Source: Eledone cirrhosa (lineage: Eukaryota). From it: DNA of 64,000 nucleotides. The stretch covers positions 303,676,001-303,740,000 of the forward strand of contig OZ024741.1 of NCBI GenBank assembly GCA_964016885.1. The letters are read 5' to 3'. The notes beneath the pieces were generated by a model. It made no database searches. It was not told the DNA's origin and saw only the letters and a list, made by a program, of their open reading frames with translations. Position 1 is the first letter of the stretch. Each line of letters starts with the position of its first letter. This document shows positions 18,160 through 31,062 of the stretch, piece by piece. A program made the position numbers and the translations under genes.

Positions 18160-19820
18160 CAACACCTTTACCAACAACAACAGCAAAACCACAACCCCTA
18201 ACACAACAACCACTAATAACACCTTCATCACCATCAACATCACCACCATCGCCACCAAAACAACCACCACTACCATCACAACGACCACTAACATCCCACC
18301 ACCAACATCACCATCAACATCACCACCAACATCACCATCAACATCATCAACATCACCACCATCACAACGACCACTAACAACACCTTCATCACCAACATCA
18401 TCAACATCACCACCATCACAACAACCACTAACAACACCTTCATCACCAACATCATCAACATCACCACCATCACCATCACAACAACCACCACTGACAACAC
18501 CTTCATCACCAACATCATCAACATCACCACCATCACCACCATCACAACCACCACTAACAACACCTTCATCACCAACATCATCAACATCACCACCATCACC
18601 ACCATCACAACCACCACTAACAACACCTTCATCACCATCAACATCACCACCATCACCATCACAACAACCACCACTGACAACACCTTCATCACCAACATCA
18701 TCAACATCACCACCATCGCCACCAACACAACGACCACTAACAACACCTTCATCACCAACATCATCAACATCACCACCATCACAACGACCACTAACACCAC
18801 CATCACCATCAACATCACCACCATCGCCACCATCACAACGACCACTAACAACACCTTCATCACCAACATCATCAACATCACCACCATCACAACGACCACT
18901 AACACCACCATCACCATCAACATCACCACCATCGCCACCAACACAACCACCACTAACAACACCACCATCACCATCAACATCACGACCATCGCCACCAACA
19001 CAACCACCACTAACAACACCACCATCACCATCAACATCACGACCATCGCCACCATCACAACGACCACTAACAACACCTTCATCACCAACATCATCAACAT
19101 CACCACCATCACAACGACCACTAACACCTTCATCACCATCAACATCACCACCATCGCCACCAACACAACCACCACTAACAACACCACCATCACCATCAAC
19201 ATCACGACCATCGCCACCATCACAACCACCACTAACAACACCTTCATCACCAACATCACCACCATCGCCACCAACACAACCACCACTAACAACACCACCA
19301 TCACCATCAACATCACGACCATCGCCACCATCACAACCACCACTAACAACACCTTCATCACCAACATCATCAACATCACCACCATCACAACGACCACTAA
19401 CACCTTCATCACCATCAACATCACCACCATCGCCACCAACACAACCACCACTAACAACACCACCATCACCATCAACATCACGACCATCGCCACCATCACA
19501 ACGACCACTAACAACACCTTCATCACCAACATCATCAACATCACCACCATCACAACGACCACTAACACCTTCATCACCATCAACATCACCACCATCGCCA
19601 CCAACACAACCACCACTAACAACACCACCATCACCATCAACATCACGACCATCGCCACCAATACAACGACCACTAACAACACCATCATCACCATCAACAT
19701 CACCACTATCGCCACCAACACAACCACCACTAACAACACCATCACCACCATCACCATCAACATCCCCACCATCACCACCATCACCACCATCACCACCAAC
19801 ACAACGGCCACCATCACAAC
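18160..19820. repeat. Trinucleotide-phased (ACC/ATC/AAC) compound minisatellite
   Basis: Repeating ACCATCACC/AACATC/ACCACTAACAAC blocks; source of the spurious 509-aa V/M/L ORF on the - strand. Confidence 0.9.
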
Positions 19821-19964
19821 CGGATACTCTAACTACTGAGCTATGTCTTCACTAAGGTACTTCTATGTGATTGATCTACTAGAAACAACAGGTTAAACGC
19901 CTTCAAATCACAAACATTAAAAGGTGAACACTGGATTACGTGGTCGTACATTCCCTACTCGTAG

Positions 19965-20240
19965 AAAAACTGATAGGATGGTCATGGCCGGAATGTTTTT
20001 CATATGAAAACTGATGGGATAGTCATGGATGGAATGTTTTTCATAGGAAAACTGATGGGATGATCATGGATGGAATGTGTCTTCATAGGAAAACTGATGG
20101 GATGGTCATGTATAGAATGTTTTTCATAAGAAACTGATGAGGTAGTCATGGCTGGAATATTTTTCATAGGAAAAATGATGGGATGGTCATGGATGGAATG
20201 TGTTTCCATAGGAAAACTGATGGGATGGTCATGGCTGGAA
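19965..20240. repeat. ~40-bp tandem repeat (~7 copies) amplified from the end of a dispersed repeat
   Basis: GAAAACTGATGGGATGGTCATGGCTGGAATGTTTTTCATAG units. A related single GGAATGGTCACGTCTGGAATG occurs on the - strand near 57600. Confidence 0.8.
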
Positions 20241-20451
20241 AGTTGGTTCAACAATAACACCATTTCCACCGATTTAGCAGAGTCGTTTACGTGTCTCTGC
20301 ATTCTTAGTTCAAATTCCGCCATTGTCCACTTTACCTTTCATCCTTTCGGGTCGATAAGGAATGAACCAGCCCCGTGCTGTAATAATCCCACTCTTTCTC
20401 TATCTTTCCCTCGTTGCAGCTGTCACATCCTTGACGTTCTCCTCAATAAAA

Positions 20452-20520
<69 letters not shown>

Positions 20521-21114
20521 CAAGAGAATGTCTGTATCAACTTTCGGGGTCGATAAAGAAAGTACAAAGCTAGCGCTCCATGCCGCCTTCTCTCTCTCTC
20601 TCTCTTTCCTTTCAGCTGTTACATTTGGGATCTTCTCTTGGACCATCAGAGGGAGGATCGAGAGGGTGTCTGCTCGCGATTGCATAAACAACGAAAGTCC
20701 ATAACGAAAGCATGATACATACTACCAAGTCATACTCGATTGCGAGTGACGATCTTAGTATTTTTTTTTTATATCCCTACTAACTCAACAACCCCACTAA
20801 CCTACACCACTACCACTACTATCCTTACACTATCAGCACCATCACGAGCAACTGTATCAACAGTAGAGGCAAGAGCACACGTCTCTCTCATCTGCCTCAC
20901 ACCCGCCACACACACAGAAGAGTTTCTCTTACATCTGTTCCCTCCCACTTTCACACCACATATCTTCACCTGAACTTCCCACCACCAACACCGCCACAAC
21001 CACGACTGTCACCTTCTAATACGTACAAGGTTTCTTTTGGATACCATTCGTTCTTTAACTTTTCGTTTGTCTTGATAGTTTGATAGATATATTTCTTTAT
21101 TTGCCACAAGGGCG

Positions 21115-21294
21115 TTGGGTTTCTGCTTTTGGCACAAGGCCAGTGATTGCTCCAGTGTATTACTGGTATTTTATTTTATCGACCTCGTAAGGATGAAAGA
21201 CAAAATTAACCTCGGCGGATTTGAACTCAGAACGCAAAGGGCCATAACTCTATGTTGCAAAGCATGGTGTCTGACGTTCTACTGATACTGCCAA
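21115..21294 (-). mobile_element. Abundant tRNA-like SINE (GTCGATAAAATAAA family), joined to a Tx1 3' tail
   Basis: Homologous to copies at 43481, 53911, 61000 and 63361. B-box-like GAGTTCAAATCC on the - strand. Confidence 0.8.
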
Positions 21295-21329
21295 ACCAAG
21301 AGAGACAGATACACATTTCGTAGCGCTCC

Positions 21330-22030
21330 TTGCTACAGCCACGCATCACTCCTCACTTCCCTAAATACTTGTATGTGAGTGGCAGCTGAGGAGATATACG
21401 ACGTCAGGTTTGACGACTTTGGATGGCAACAGGCCACTTCACCCATTAGAAACAGCGGCCTTGGTCTCCGGTCTCCGGTCACGCTGGCTTTGCTGGCGTT
21501 TCTTTCGTCTGTAACCTCTTGCCATGTCCTCATCAACAAGGTTCTCCACAACACAACGGGACCCACTGTGATCGAGGAACGCGAGGCCACCTGCGAGGCT
21601 TGAAACCAGTAGACCCAGTAGACGTCCCTCCTACTCATGCCCCTGTAGACGTCAAATCCCTCCAGTGCATATGGGATGCGATCCTGTGGGACATGACCTC
21701 GGACATGTTGGCGAACCAGCTCGACCAGCATCGCATCGCATGTTTCCCCTCGGCCTCGCAACTCCTCAGTGGTGCCTGGCTCAATTCTTTATCCTCCTTT
21801 TCGATGGGCACGCAGCTAGATCATAAAGCATGGCTTGGATGTTGCAGACTTCCCCTCCCAGCTCGAGCCAACTGGGCTGGACCGAGGGGACGGCAAAAGG
21901 TCAGTCAGTATAACCGTCTTCCTGTTCCACGGTGGTAAACCTCTCATCTGGGATGCCACATGCAGCGACACATTCCCTGGCGGCAACCTTTTGCAGTCTG
22001 CGACTAACCCAGGCTCTGCTGCACGTCAAA
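21330..22030 (+). pseudogene. Degraded CRE-clade-like non-LTR retrotransposon fragment (RT C-terminus plus restriction-like endonuclease)
   Basis: Frame-shifted peptides SPIRNSGLGLRSPVTLALLAFLSS, GAWLNSLSSFSMGTQLD and EPTGLDRGDGKR...GKPLIWDATCSDT resemble CRE-type motifs (LPxxxGGLG; EPxGLxRxDGKRPDG...WDAT). Confidence 0.65.
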
Positions 22031-22155
22031 TATTGATGGGAGAGATGTGGAGAGCGAGAGAGATTGTGTAAATATTAGCACACCAACCAATGGAAAGAAG
22101 GTAACACAACAAAGTGATGGACAGACATACAGACAGATAGAGAGATAGGTAGATA

Positions 22156-24686
22156 TATTTCTTTATTTTCCACAAGGGCGCACAAGAAAAGGGGACAATA
22201 CAAGGACATATGCCGGGGATTTTACATACAATCGTGTAAAAAAACTTTTAACAAACAAATTCAACAATCGAAATCTCCAATAGGATGGAGGCGTTACAAA
22301 TGGGTTGTTTTATACCCCGTAGATAGAACAACCCTCAACTCCAGGAGCATGTTGTGCAAGAGCTCTTTTCTTACTTTTGTTCTCTTCTTCAACCTACAGG
22401 TTTATATACAGAGAAGGCTCAATCACTCGGGCCATTTTTGCCACATTCACCCACCTTTCAGTAAATTTACTGGGGTGTAATACCTCTCTCTCCACTCTGA
22501 TTCTACTTCTAAAGTGGTACCTAAAGAAGGGAATGAGTTGTTGTCCACTCCTTTCAATCTTGTCCACCATATAACCTCTTTTACCATAGTCACTATACAG
22601 AGGTAAACCGCCTCTCTTTCGTTTTTGAAAGAAGATGGCGGTTTGATCCTTACTATGGACTCGGTAGTCAACTGGATTTGTCCCATACGCGACAGCAGTT
22701 GTTCTGCGTAGTTCCACAGGTCGGTTACGCCCGGACAGTGTACTATTGCGTGCAGGACGGTTTCAATGTCCTGCTCGCATCTTTGACACTTCCTCTTGGA
22801 AGGATCCCTGCCGGGGCGCCCGTGGCTGTAGATATTGTCTCGTACTGGTAGAGCTCCTCGGTAGCACTGCCAGACCAGGGACATTTGGAAGTTGTCCATA
22901 GGTCCCGGGCGGAAAGTCCTACCGAACAGACTGGTGAGTTCGTCGTCTTCGTCGTCGCACTTGTAACGTATTATCCCTCTATTGAATGTCGAAGTGGAGT
23001 CACCACTGATTGCTGTGCCCGCTTGACAGAGGGCTGTGAGCGCCTGGGCGGCGCATTCAATGTGCCAGGCGCCCATTTTCTTCGGTCTCCGCTTGACCCA
23101 GGACTGCAGCTCCGTCAGCGAGACAAGTTGCGGGAAGGCCTGTTTCACAAACGGGGCCCTCACCAGTTGGTCGGGGAGGAATACCTGGAGATGCCGTAGC
23201 CTCAGTGCGTGTTTGCGCATCATCAGCCATGACATCCCCAGCCCTCCGTTGGAAGGGTGCTGGAAGCAGACGGATCTCCTCATCAGTGGAGCCTGCTTCT
23301 TCCAAAGAAATTGGAAGAGCATGCGTTCCATCTTGGTGAGGTATTCACGGGGAGAAGGCACGACGGTCAAGCGGTAGTAGATGATGGACGCTATGAAAGT
23401 GTTCGCTACCTCCGCTCGACCTTTCAAGGATAGTTTGCACTCTGCCCACTTCTGGGTGAGCGCAAATACCTTGGCCGTGACCTCGTTCCAGTTTTTCTCG
23501 ACCTGGAGGTCCGGACCGAACCAGACCCCGAGCAATTTCACCGGTCCTTCCGTCCACTGTCTGACGACGCTGTCGGGCGGCATCGGTTTGCCTCTCCACG
23601 TTCCGAGTTGCAAACCGACAGATTTGTCCGGGTTGAGTTTTGCTCCCGTAAGCCTTTCGTATTCCTGCAGTAAGTTGCCGATCGCCCCGATTTCCGAGGT
23701 TTCCGACACCAGTACTGTCACGTCGTCGGCATAAACCGACGCCGCTTTTCGCAGTCCCGGTTCCAACAGGATGCCCTGCAAAAGCTCCAACTTCCACAGT
23801 AGTGGTTCTAGAGTCAATACGTACAGAATGGAGGAGAGACGGCATCCCTGTCGGATGGAACGCGTGATTGAGAACGGCTCCGATAGGTAGCCGTTCACCT
23901 TGACTGTCGAGCAGATGTTGGTATGCATGGCTGTGATCCAACCTCTGAAGACGGGTCCGAAACGGGCCGCCTTGAGAACTGCTTCAAGTATAGATGGTTG
24001 ACCCTATCAAATGCCCTAGACTGATCTAAATTGATCAGAGCCCCACCGAAGCCAGGTTTACACCCCACCCTCTCTATGATGTATCGCATGAGGTGGAGGT
24101 TGTTGTGTATGGACCTGGTTGGAATTGCACACGTTTGAGCTGTTCCCACCAGGTTCTTGACGACAAGCACCAGCCTCGTTGCTAACACGTTGGCCAAAAT
24201 CTTTAACTCTGTGTTTAGGAGAGTTATGGGCCTGAAGTTACCTATCTAGTCCCCCTTGTTCTCGTCTTTCCTAATCAGCGCTACTACGCCCCTGCCTACA
24301 GAACTGGGAATTCTCCCGTTTTGCTGCCAGTTGCAGTAGACGGCTTCGAGGACGTCAGAGAACAAGTCCGGCTATGTAAAGTTCATAGGGTAGACCAACT
24401 AGACCGGGTGATTTGCGTTTCCCGCAGCGGCCTAGAGCGTCCTGTATCTCAGTGGCTGTGATCGGTCTTTCGCAGAACTTGGCGTCTATGCTCGTGAGAC
24501 GCAGTAGGCCGTCACAGTATGAACCGAAGTTCATTGCCTCGTTCGGCGTACCGCTCTGCTCAAACAGTTGCGCAAAGTGCTGCTGAAAGGCCGTGCACAT
24601 CTGCCTGGAATCAAGTAGCACGCGTCCGTTTTGGTCTTTCAAAGACCGAATTGTGGACTTGTTGCCACTTTTCGCTTCTGCCACTC
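22156..24686 (-). mobile_element. Tx1 copy A: 5'-truncated, decayed (frameshifts and deletions), diverged subfamily
   Basis: ORF fragments 24355-24684, 23895-24197 and 22447-23928 (LINLDQSRAFDRVNH, RSIRQGC, YADD, CQRC..H..C). GATA-like tracts on both sides. Confidence 0.9.
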
Positions 24687-24725
24687 ATAGATAGATAGAT
24701 AGGCAGATAAATGGGCAGATAGATA

Positions 24726-25265
24726 TATTTCTTTATTAGCCACAGGGGCACAAAAGAAGGGGACAAATACAAAGGGGGAAGTTTACATACAATAAAAACG
24801 TGTAAAATGTTATCACAGATGGAATTTAAAAGTTAGTCGATTTTCCCCAATAGAGGGAGACAGTTTATATGGGTAACACAAACCCCCGAAAAAAAATGTG
24901 CAACCCTCATCTCCAGGAGTACGAAGAGCTTGTACTCCTTTCCTCTCCTCCTCCTTTTCCTCAACCTACAGGCTGATATAGAGAGAAGGCCCATTCACTC
25001 GGGCCATTCTCGCCACTTTCACCCACCTTTCATAAAACTTGCTGGGGTACAGCACCTCTCTCTCCATCCTGATTCTTCTTCCAAAGTGGTATTTGAAAAA
25101 AAGAATCAGTTGTTGGCCGGAGAGAAAGGTGTCTGACCTCAGCCCTTTCAACCTTGTCCACCATACAACCTCTTTCGCCATAGCTATCACACAAAGGAAA
25201 ACCGCCTCTCCTTCGTTTTTGAAGGAGGGTGGCGGTTTGATCATGACAATGGACTCGGTGGACAA
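24726..25265 (-). mobile_element. Tx1 copy B: ~540-bp 3' fragment, near-identical to copy D
   Basis: ORF2 C-terminus (...RVNGPSLYISL) plus a 3' UTR matching 31063-31600. GATA tracts at 24687-24724 and 25266-25293. Confidence 0.92.
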
Positions 25266-25525
25266 GATAGATAGATAGATAGATAGATAGATAAATTTCT
25301 ATTTATTTGCCACGAGGGCACAAAAGAAGGGGACATTTACACAGTGAGGGAGTTTACATAAATCGAGTAAAGAAAAAAGGAATAACAATAATAATATAAC
25401 AATAAAAAGTCCTCAAAAGGGAGGGGGCGTGTTGGGGATTGCACATACCCCCGAAAAGTGTGCAACTCTTTTCGCGGGGGAAGCCCAGAGAGGAGGCGCT
25501 CCCCCTTTCCTCTTCACTTCTTCAC

Positions 25526-28500
25526 CTACAGAACAATGTAGAGAGAAGGCCCATTTACACGGGCCATTCTCGCTTCTTTCACCCACCTTTCATAAAACTG
25601 TCTGGGACCAAGCACTTCTCTCTCCATCCTGATTCTTCTTCCGAAGTGGTATCGGAAGAAGTAAACCAGGTGATGGCCGGAGAGAAAGTCACCCGACCTC
25701 AGACCTTTCAGGCGCGTCCACCACACAACCTCTTTCATCATGGCTATTACGCACAGAAAGACCGCCTCTGCTTCATTTCTGAAGGGAGGATGCGGCTTGA
25801 TGTTCACCACAGACTCGGCGGTTAATCGAATCGGCGCCACACGCGACAGCAGTCGTTCGACGTAGCCCCACAGATCGGCAACGCCCGGGCAGTGTACCAG
25901 TGCATGCGCAACGGTTTCCTCGTCGCGCACGCATCTGGGACAGATCTTTTTCGCGGGATCCCTGCCCGGGCGCCCGTGTCTGTAGAGCTTTTCTCGAACG
26001 GGCAGAGCCCCCCGGTAACACTGCCAGGCTAGGGACCTCTGGAAGTTGTCCATGGGTCCCGGGCCGAAAGTTCTACCGAACAGGCTGGCCAGTTCGTCCT
26101 CCTCCATGCCTAGCGACTCTCCAAGGGTGTCGTCGCCACTGCTAGCCACCAACCCTCTATAGAATGTCGAGGTGGATTCTCCACTGACAGTCGGGTCCGC
26201 TTGCCAGATAGCCGTGAGCGCCTGGGCACACTCGGTGTGCCAGTTGCCCAGTTTTCTCGGTCTTTGCTTCACCCAGGATTGCAGTTCGGTGAGCGAGACG
26301 AGCTGTGGGAAGGCTCGCCTCACAAACGGGGCCCACACCGGCTGACCGTTGAGGAATACCTGTAGATGCCGTAGCCTCAATGCGTGCCTACGCATCAACA
26401 GCCACGGCATACCCAGCCCTCCTTTCGAAGGGTGCTGGCAGCAGATGGATCTCCTCACCATGGGAGGCCGCTTCTTCCAGAGGAACTGGAAGAGCATGCG
26501 TTCCATGATGGTGAGCTTTTCTTTGGGGCAAGGCACGACGGTCAGGCGGTAGTAGATGACGGACGCTATGTAAGCGTTCGTCACCTCCGCCCGACCTTTC
26601 AGTGATAGTTTGCACTTGGCCCACTTCTGGGTCAGCGCAAACACCCTGCTCGTCACCTCGCCCCAATTCTTCTCCACCTGGAGGTCCGGTCCGAACCAGA
26701 CCCCGAGCAGCTTCACCGGGCCCTCCGTCCACCGCCCGACGACACCGTCTAACGGCATCGGTTTGCCCCTCCACGTTCCGAGTTGCAAACCGACTGACTT
26801 GTCCTGGTTCAGCTTAGCCCCCGTCAGCCTTTCGTATTCCTCCAGTAGGGTGGCGATCGCCCCGATTTCCGAGGCGTCCGCCACCATTACTGTTACGTCG
26901 TCGGCATAGGCCGAGACCGCTTTGTGCAATCCCGGTTCCAGGGGTATGCCCCGCAGCAACTCCAACTTCCGCAGCAGTGGCTCGAGAGTCAATACGTACA
27001 GAAGGGAGGAGAGGGGGCACCCCTGTCTGATGGATCGGGTGATTTGAAACGGCTCCGAGAGGTAGCCGTTTACTTTAATCCTAGAGTAGATGTTGCCACT
27101 GTGCATGGCAGAAATCCAGCCCCTGAAAACGGGTCCGAAGCCCGCCGCCGCTAGCACCGCATCCAGGTAACCATGGTCGACCCTATCGAACGCCTTAGAT
27201 TGATCCAAGTTGATCAGGGCCCCACCAAAGCCGGGTTCGTAGCCAACCCTCTCTATGATGTATCGCATGAGGTGGAGGTTGTCGTGAATGGACCTGGACG
27301 GGATAGCGCATGTCTGCGCGTCTCCCACCAAACCACCCACCACAAGCGCCAACCTCTTCGCCAACACCTTGGCCAAAATCTGTAACTCTGCATTCAGCAG
27401 AGTTATGGGCCTAAAGTTACTTAAGTCGTACCCCTTGCTCTCGTCCTTCCTCACTAGCGTGACCACGCCCTTGGTCACAGAACAGGGAATTCTCCCGTTC
27501 TGTTGCCAGTTGCAATAGACAGCCTCGAGGAGTTCGGAGAACAAGACCGGCATAGCTAAGTAAAGTTCGTATGGTAGACCATCGAGACCCGGGGATTTGC
27601 GTCTGCTGCATTGGCTGAGCGCTTCCCCGATTTCAGTGGCTGTGATTGGCCTTTCGCAGCACTCCGCTTCGCCGCTCGAAAGACGCGGTAGACCGTCGAG
27701 GTATGGACCGAAGTCCACATCCCCGTTCGGCCCCCCGCCACCTCTGAACAGTCGAGCAAAGTGCCTTTGAAAGGTCTCGCACATTCGCTCAGGTTCAAGG
27801 ATCACCCGTCCATCCTGGTCTCGCAAAGACCGAATGGTGGATTTAATCCCACTCTCGGCTTCTGTCACGCGGGCCCAGCTAACAGCTTTGGTCCCCTCGT
27901 TTCCTAAAGCACGTATTTTACTTCGGACAACGCAGCCTTCGTGCTTCGCGTCAAAGAACTGGCTCAATGCCGTTCTCGTCGCTAACACTCTGGCTACGTC
28001 TCCGCTCCTAATCGCCTCTTCTAGTTTACCTCTTAACTCCCTTTCCTTCCTATTTCTATTCGCCGCTAGTTCCTTACTGTAACCTATCGAACTTACTCTA
28101 ATCTCTCTCTTTAGAGATACCCACCACCTACTGTTGACGATCGCTCCCGTCAACCGCATCTTAACTAAGCTACTAATCCGGTTTCTGTAATCTTTCTTTG
28201 TCGGTAAGGACAAGTTCATCTTCCAGTAACCGGAACCCTGTCTATGCGTTCTATCAAGGTTGACCACGCAGGTCACTAATTTGTGATCTGAATAGCCAAC
28301 CATGTTCAGTTCTGGACAACTAAATACGTCCCTATCCTTACTCCTAACCAAAAACCTATCTAGGTACGATCTAGATTGTCCACTGCGGTTTGCCCAGGTC
28401 CAGGTTGGCGCAGTTGGACAATCTAGTCGAAATCTATCGACCAGGTCGAATCGATCGAGTAACCCCTTGAGGCTGCTACACCCCCCTCTATCGGGACATG

Positions 28501-28964
28501 CCCCTGCATAGTCCCAACGCGCATCTAGGATTCCATTCCAGTCCCCCACTAAAAGCAGGGAACGCGACGTTCCTAGAAAAGTCTCCAGACGCTGGAAGAA
28601 GTCGGCTCTTTCCGCCCCGAAGGGAGCATAAAGACCGACCAGTCTGAAAGCCCCGCCTTCACCGCCTCCGACGTCCAGCACCAGTAATCGACCCCCCGGG
28701 TCCGAGTGAACAATCTGTACGTCGAGAGTCAGACGTTTATCCAGCAGTACGGCAACTCTCCCCCCCCCCCCCCCCGTCTCCGGGTTGACAGAGAGATGCG
28801 TGCATCTCAAAGTCATCGAAGGCGGGCGCCAGCTGTCTCACGCTGCTGATCCGACTCTCGCAAACAACCATCACATCTATACTTTGTGACCTGAGGTCAC
28901 TTAGAAGCTTTGCTTGCTTCCAAGCTGAGCCCAGGCCACGTGCGTTCAAACAGCCAACTCTCAA
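25526..28964 (-). CDS. Tx1 ORF2: APE endonuclease, reverse transcriptase and C-terminal Zn motif; one frameshift at the G16 run (28760-28775)
   Basis: APE motifs CLNARGL, CESR, GLYAP, GDWN, YLDRFL, SDH. RT motifs SPGLDGL, NFRPITLLN, DQSKAFDRVDH, RQGCPLS, YADD. Zn motif CPRC-x8-H-x4-C. The N-terminus lies in ORF 28737-28964 and the rest in 25526-28816. Confidence 0.93.
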
Positions 28965-28969
28965 TTGAT

Positions 28970-30802
28970 CTATTTTGGTGTTGAAAGTGAAGAAAGAAAA
29001 GCACTTACCTCTCCGGGTTGCGTAATTTCCATGGCATCAGGTGTGTTGGGTGGAGGGATGTTTTGTGGTGGTGTGGGGGTACACGTGTGTGGTGGGGTTG
29101 GGGTATTTGGAGTTGTGTCAGGGAGAGGGGCGGTTATGGGGAAATCTTTCAAGAGGACGCGATTCAACGGTTTTAAACAGGGGGGGGCTCACGTCCCGTC
29201 TAAATTGTTCTTTTAAGGAACGATAAAGGTCCAGAGGGACCTTTATCATTTTTAAATGGGTGAAGTTCTCTGTTGAGATAAAGTTTGGCCCTTCGGTCTG
29301 CACCATAGGGTTATTGTTTATTAATTTAACCAGTTTTTTGTTTTCTTTATTTATATATGTGTATTGCAACGTCTTTTTTTGTGATGCTGTCAATGTTTCG
29401 GAGAGGGGAGGCGCAGATTTATTTTTGTTTGTTGAGGGTGGGGTGTTTTTGATTGGAGTTGGTGTTTGTGTGTGGGTTATTTGTGGTGTGCTGGGTGTGT
29501 GTTTTCTTTTTTTTCTTTTAACTTGTCTGAAGGCTTCTCCTCCTTCTTCTTCAGAAGTTGGGGGAAACTCTTCAGCGCTAGGTGGGAGGGACGTGTTGTG
29601 TGGTTGTTTTTTTTTGCGGGAGGGGTAGATTTGTTACTGTTTTTTTTATTATTTGTTTGGAATGGGTTTTGTGGTGGTGGTGGTAATGTTTGTGTCGTGC
29701 TTGTGGTTGGTGATGGTGGTGGTGATGTTTGTGTTGTGGTTGGTGGTGGTGATTTTTGTGTCGTGCTTGTGTTTGGTGCTGGTGGTGGTGATGTTTGTGT
29801 TGTGTTTGTGGTTGGTGGTGTCTGTATTTTGTTTGCTGTGTGTGGTATTAGTGTATTTTTGGAGGTGGGTGGTGTTGGTGTACTGTTTGTGGTGGGTGTG
29901 GGCAATAGTCCTTTTTGGGGGATACGTTTCGGGCAGTTAGCCTTAACGTGTCCCCTTTCCATGCATAAATAGCATGCTGGTCTTCTCCCCTCTACAATTA
30001 TGTCTATTGGGGTAAGGTCATCCAGCCAGATGCGATCCGGGATTTGTGCTATTCTTTCGGGCCTCATTTGGACGAGTATGTCGAGGCCCATTCCCAGGAA
30101 CGCATCTCCAGTTGCCTTCCCCATTGACAGCATTGTGTCTTCGCCCATATCAATGAAGCCAGCAATAGCCCACCAGAAGTCCATTGTGGGCAGCATTGTT
30201 TTTACTTTTACTCTCTGTGTTCTTCTACCCATGTAGGAGGGATAGAAGCTATATGTTGTCGATGAGAGTGGGCTTAGGGAAAGCTTCTCCGCCGTTTCTT
30301 TGTCTCTTGTTAGGACCGAAATGCTGCCATAGAGTCGGTCCTTTCGTATGAAGAGAATATTCTTCATATAGTCTTTTAGGACTAACTCTATTTCCATTTG
30401 GCTGGGCTGTGCTGGCTTTCTTGTCTGGTTCAGTATAGTTCTGTAGAGAACTGTGTTTTCTGCTCTGGCTTTCTTGAATTCTGGGGGGGAGTTAATGGAA
30501 AACATTCCGTTCTCCCCCAAAACAATGTGTTTCTTTGCTTCGGCCAGTTTTTCTCTGGCGGCAGTTAGGTCAATTGGTGTGTATGTAATGGATTGTTTTG
30601 TTTTCTGGGCGAAAGTTGCCCTGTCGTTATTTGTATTATTTTCTGTTTGTTTGTTTTCTGTTTGCTCATTTTCCTTAACATTTGTTTTTTCATTTTCTTT
30701 GTTTGTTTCAATGTCTAATTTTGTTGTAATTATTTTTTGTTCTTCAGACTTGGGGGGCGTGGCAGAGCTAATGGCAGACATGTCTGCCATCTTTTCCGCC
30801 AT
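28970..30802 (-). CDS. Tx1 ORF1 (gag-like, CCHC zinc knuckle, P/T-rich tail); reconstructed across two homopolymer frameshifts
   Basis: ATG at 30802 (MAEKMADMS) and knuckle CYLCMERGHVKANC. Continuation frames give EEGGEAFRQVKRKKRK..., ORF 29118-29393 and ORF 28970-29167, ending 5 nt before ORF2. Confidence 0.8.
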
Positions 30803-31003
30803 GCTGCCAAGAAAGAAATTTTTCGGCAAAAATAGATATTTATTTTACCCCCTAAAAAGGGGGTAAATGCAAAAATGTTTCCCTAAATAACAGGGGTTAG
30901 TGTTCCAAATGTGTTGCACTGAAAAATTTATCCGGTACTTACAATAGTAAGGGTAAATCCCGATGGAATAGCGGAGCCGATGTGAAGCGTGTCTTACTCT
31001 ATC

Positions 31004-31039
<36 letters not shown>

Positions 31040-31062
31040 CAGATAGATAGATAGATAGATAT

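Larger units (their letters stand above)
25294..31005 (-). mobile_element. Tx1 copy C: full-length (~5.7 kb) non-LTR retrotransposon
   Basis: 5' UTR, ORF1, ORF2 and a 3' UTR ending in AATAAA followed directly by (TATC)n. (GATA)n on both sides. Confidence 0.93.

Noticed and set aside
18288-19817. 509-aa V/M/L ORF (and the open Thr-rich + frame)
   Set aside because: A by-product of a triplet-phased repeat that cannot make stops in that frame. There is no domain, credible start or splice evidence.
28970-29008. 39-nt mini-intron fusing ORF1 to ORF2
   Set aside because: Removing it gives GAG ATC AAT TGA (stop), out of frame with ORF2, and it is very short for a spliceosomal intron.
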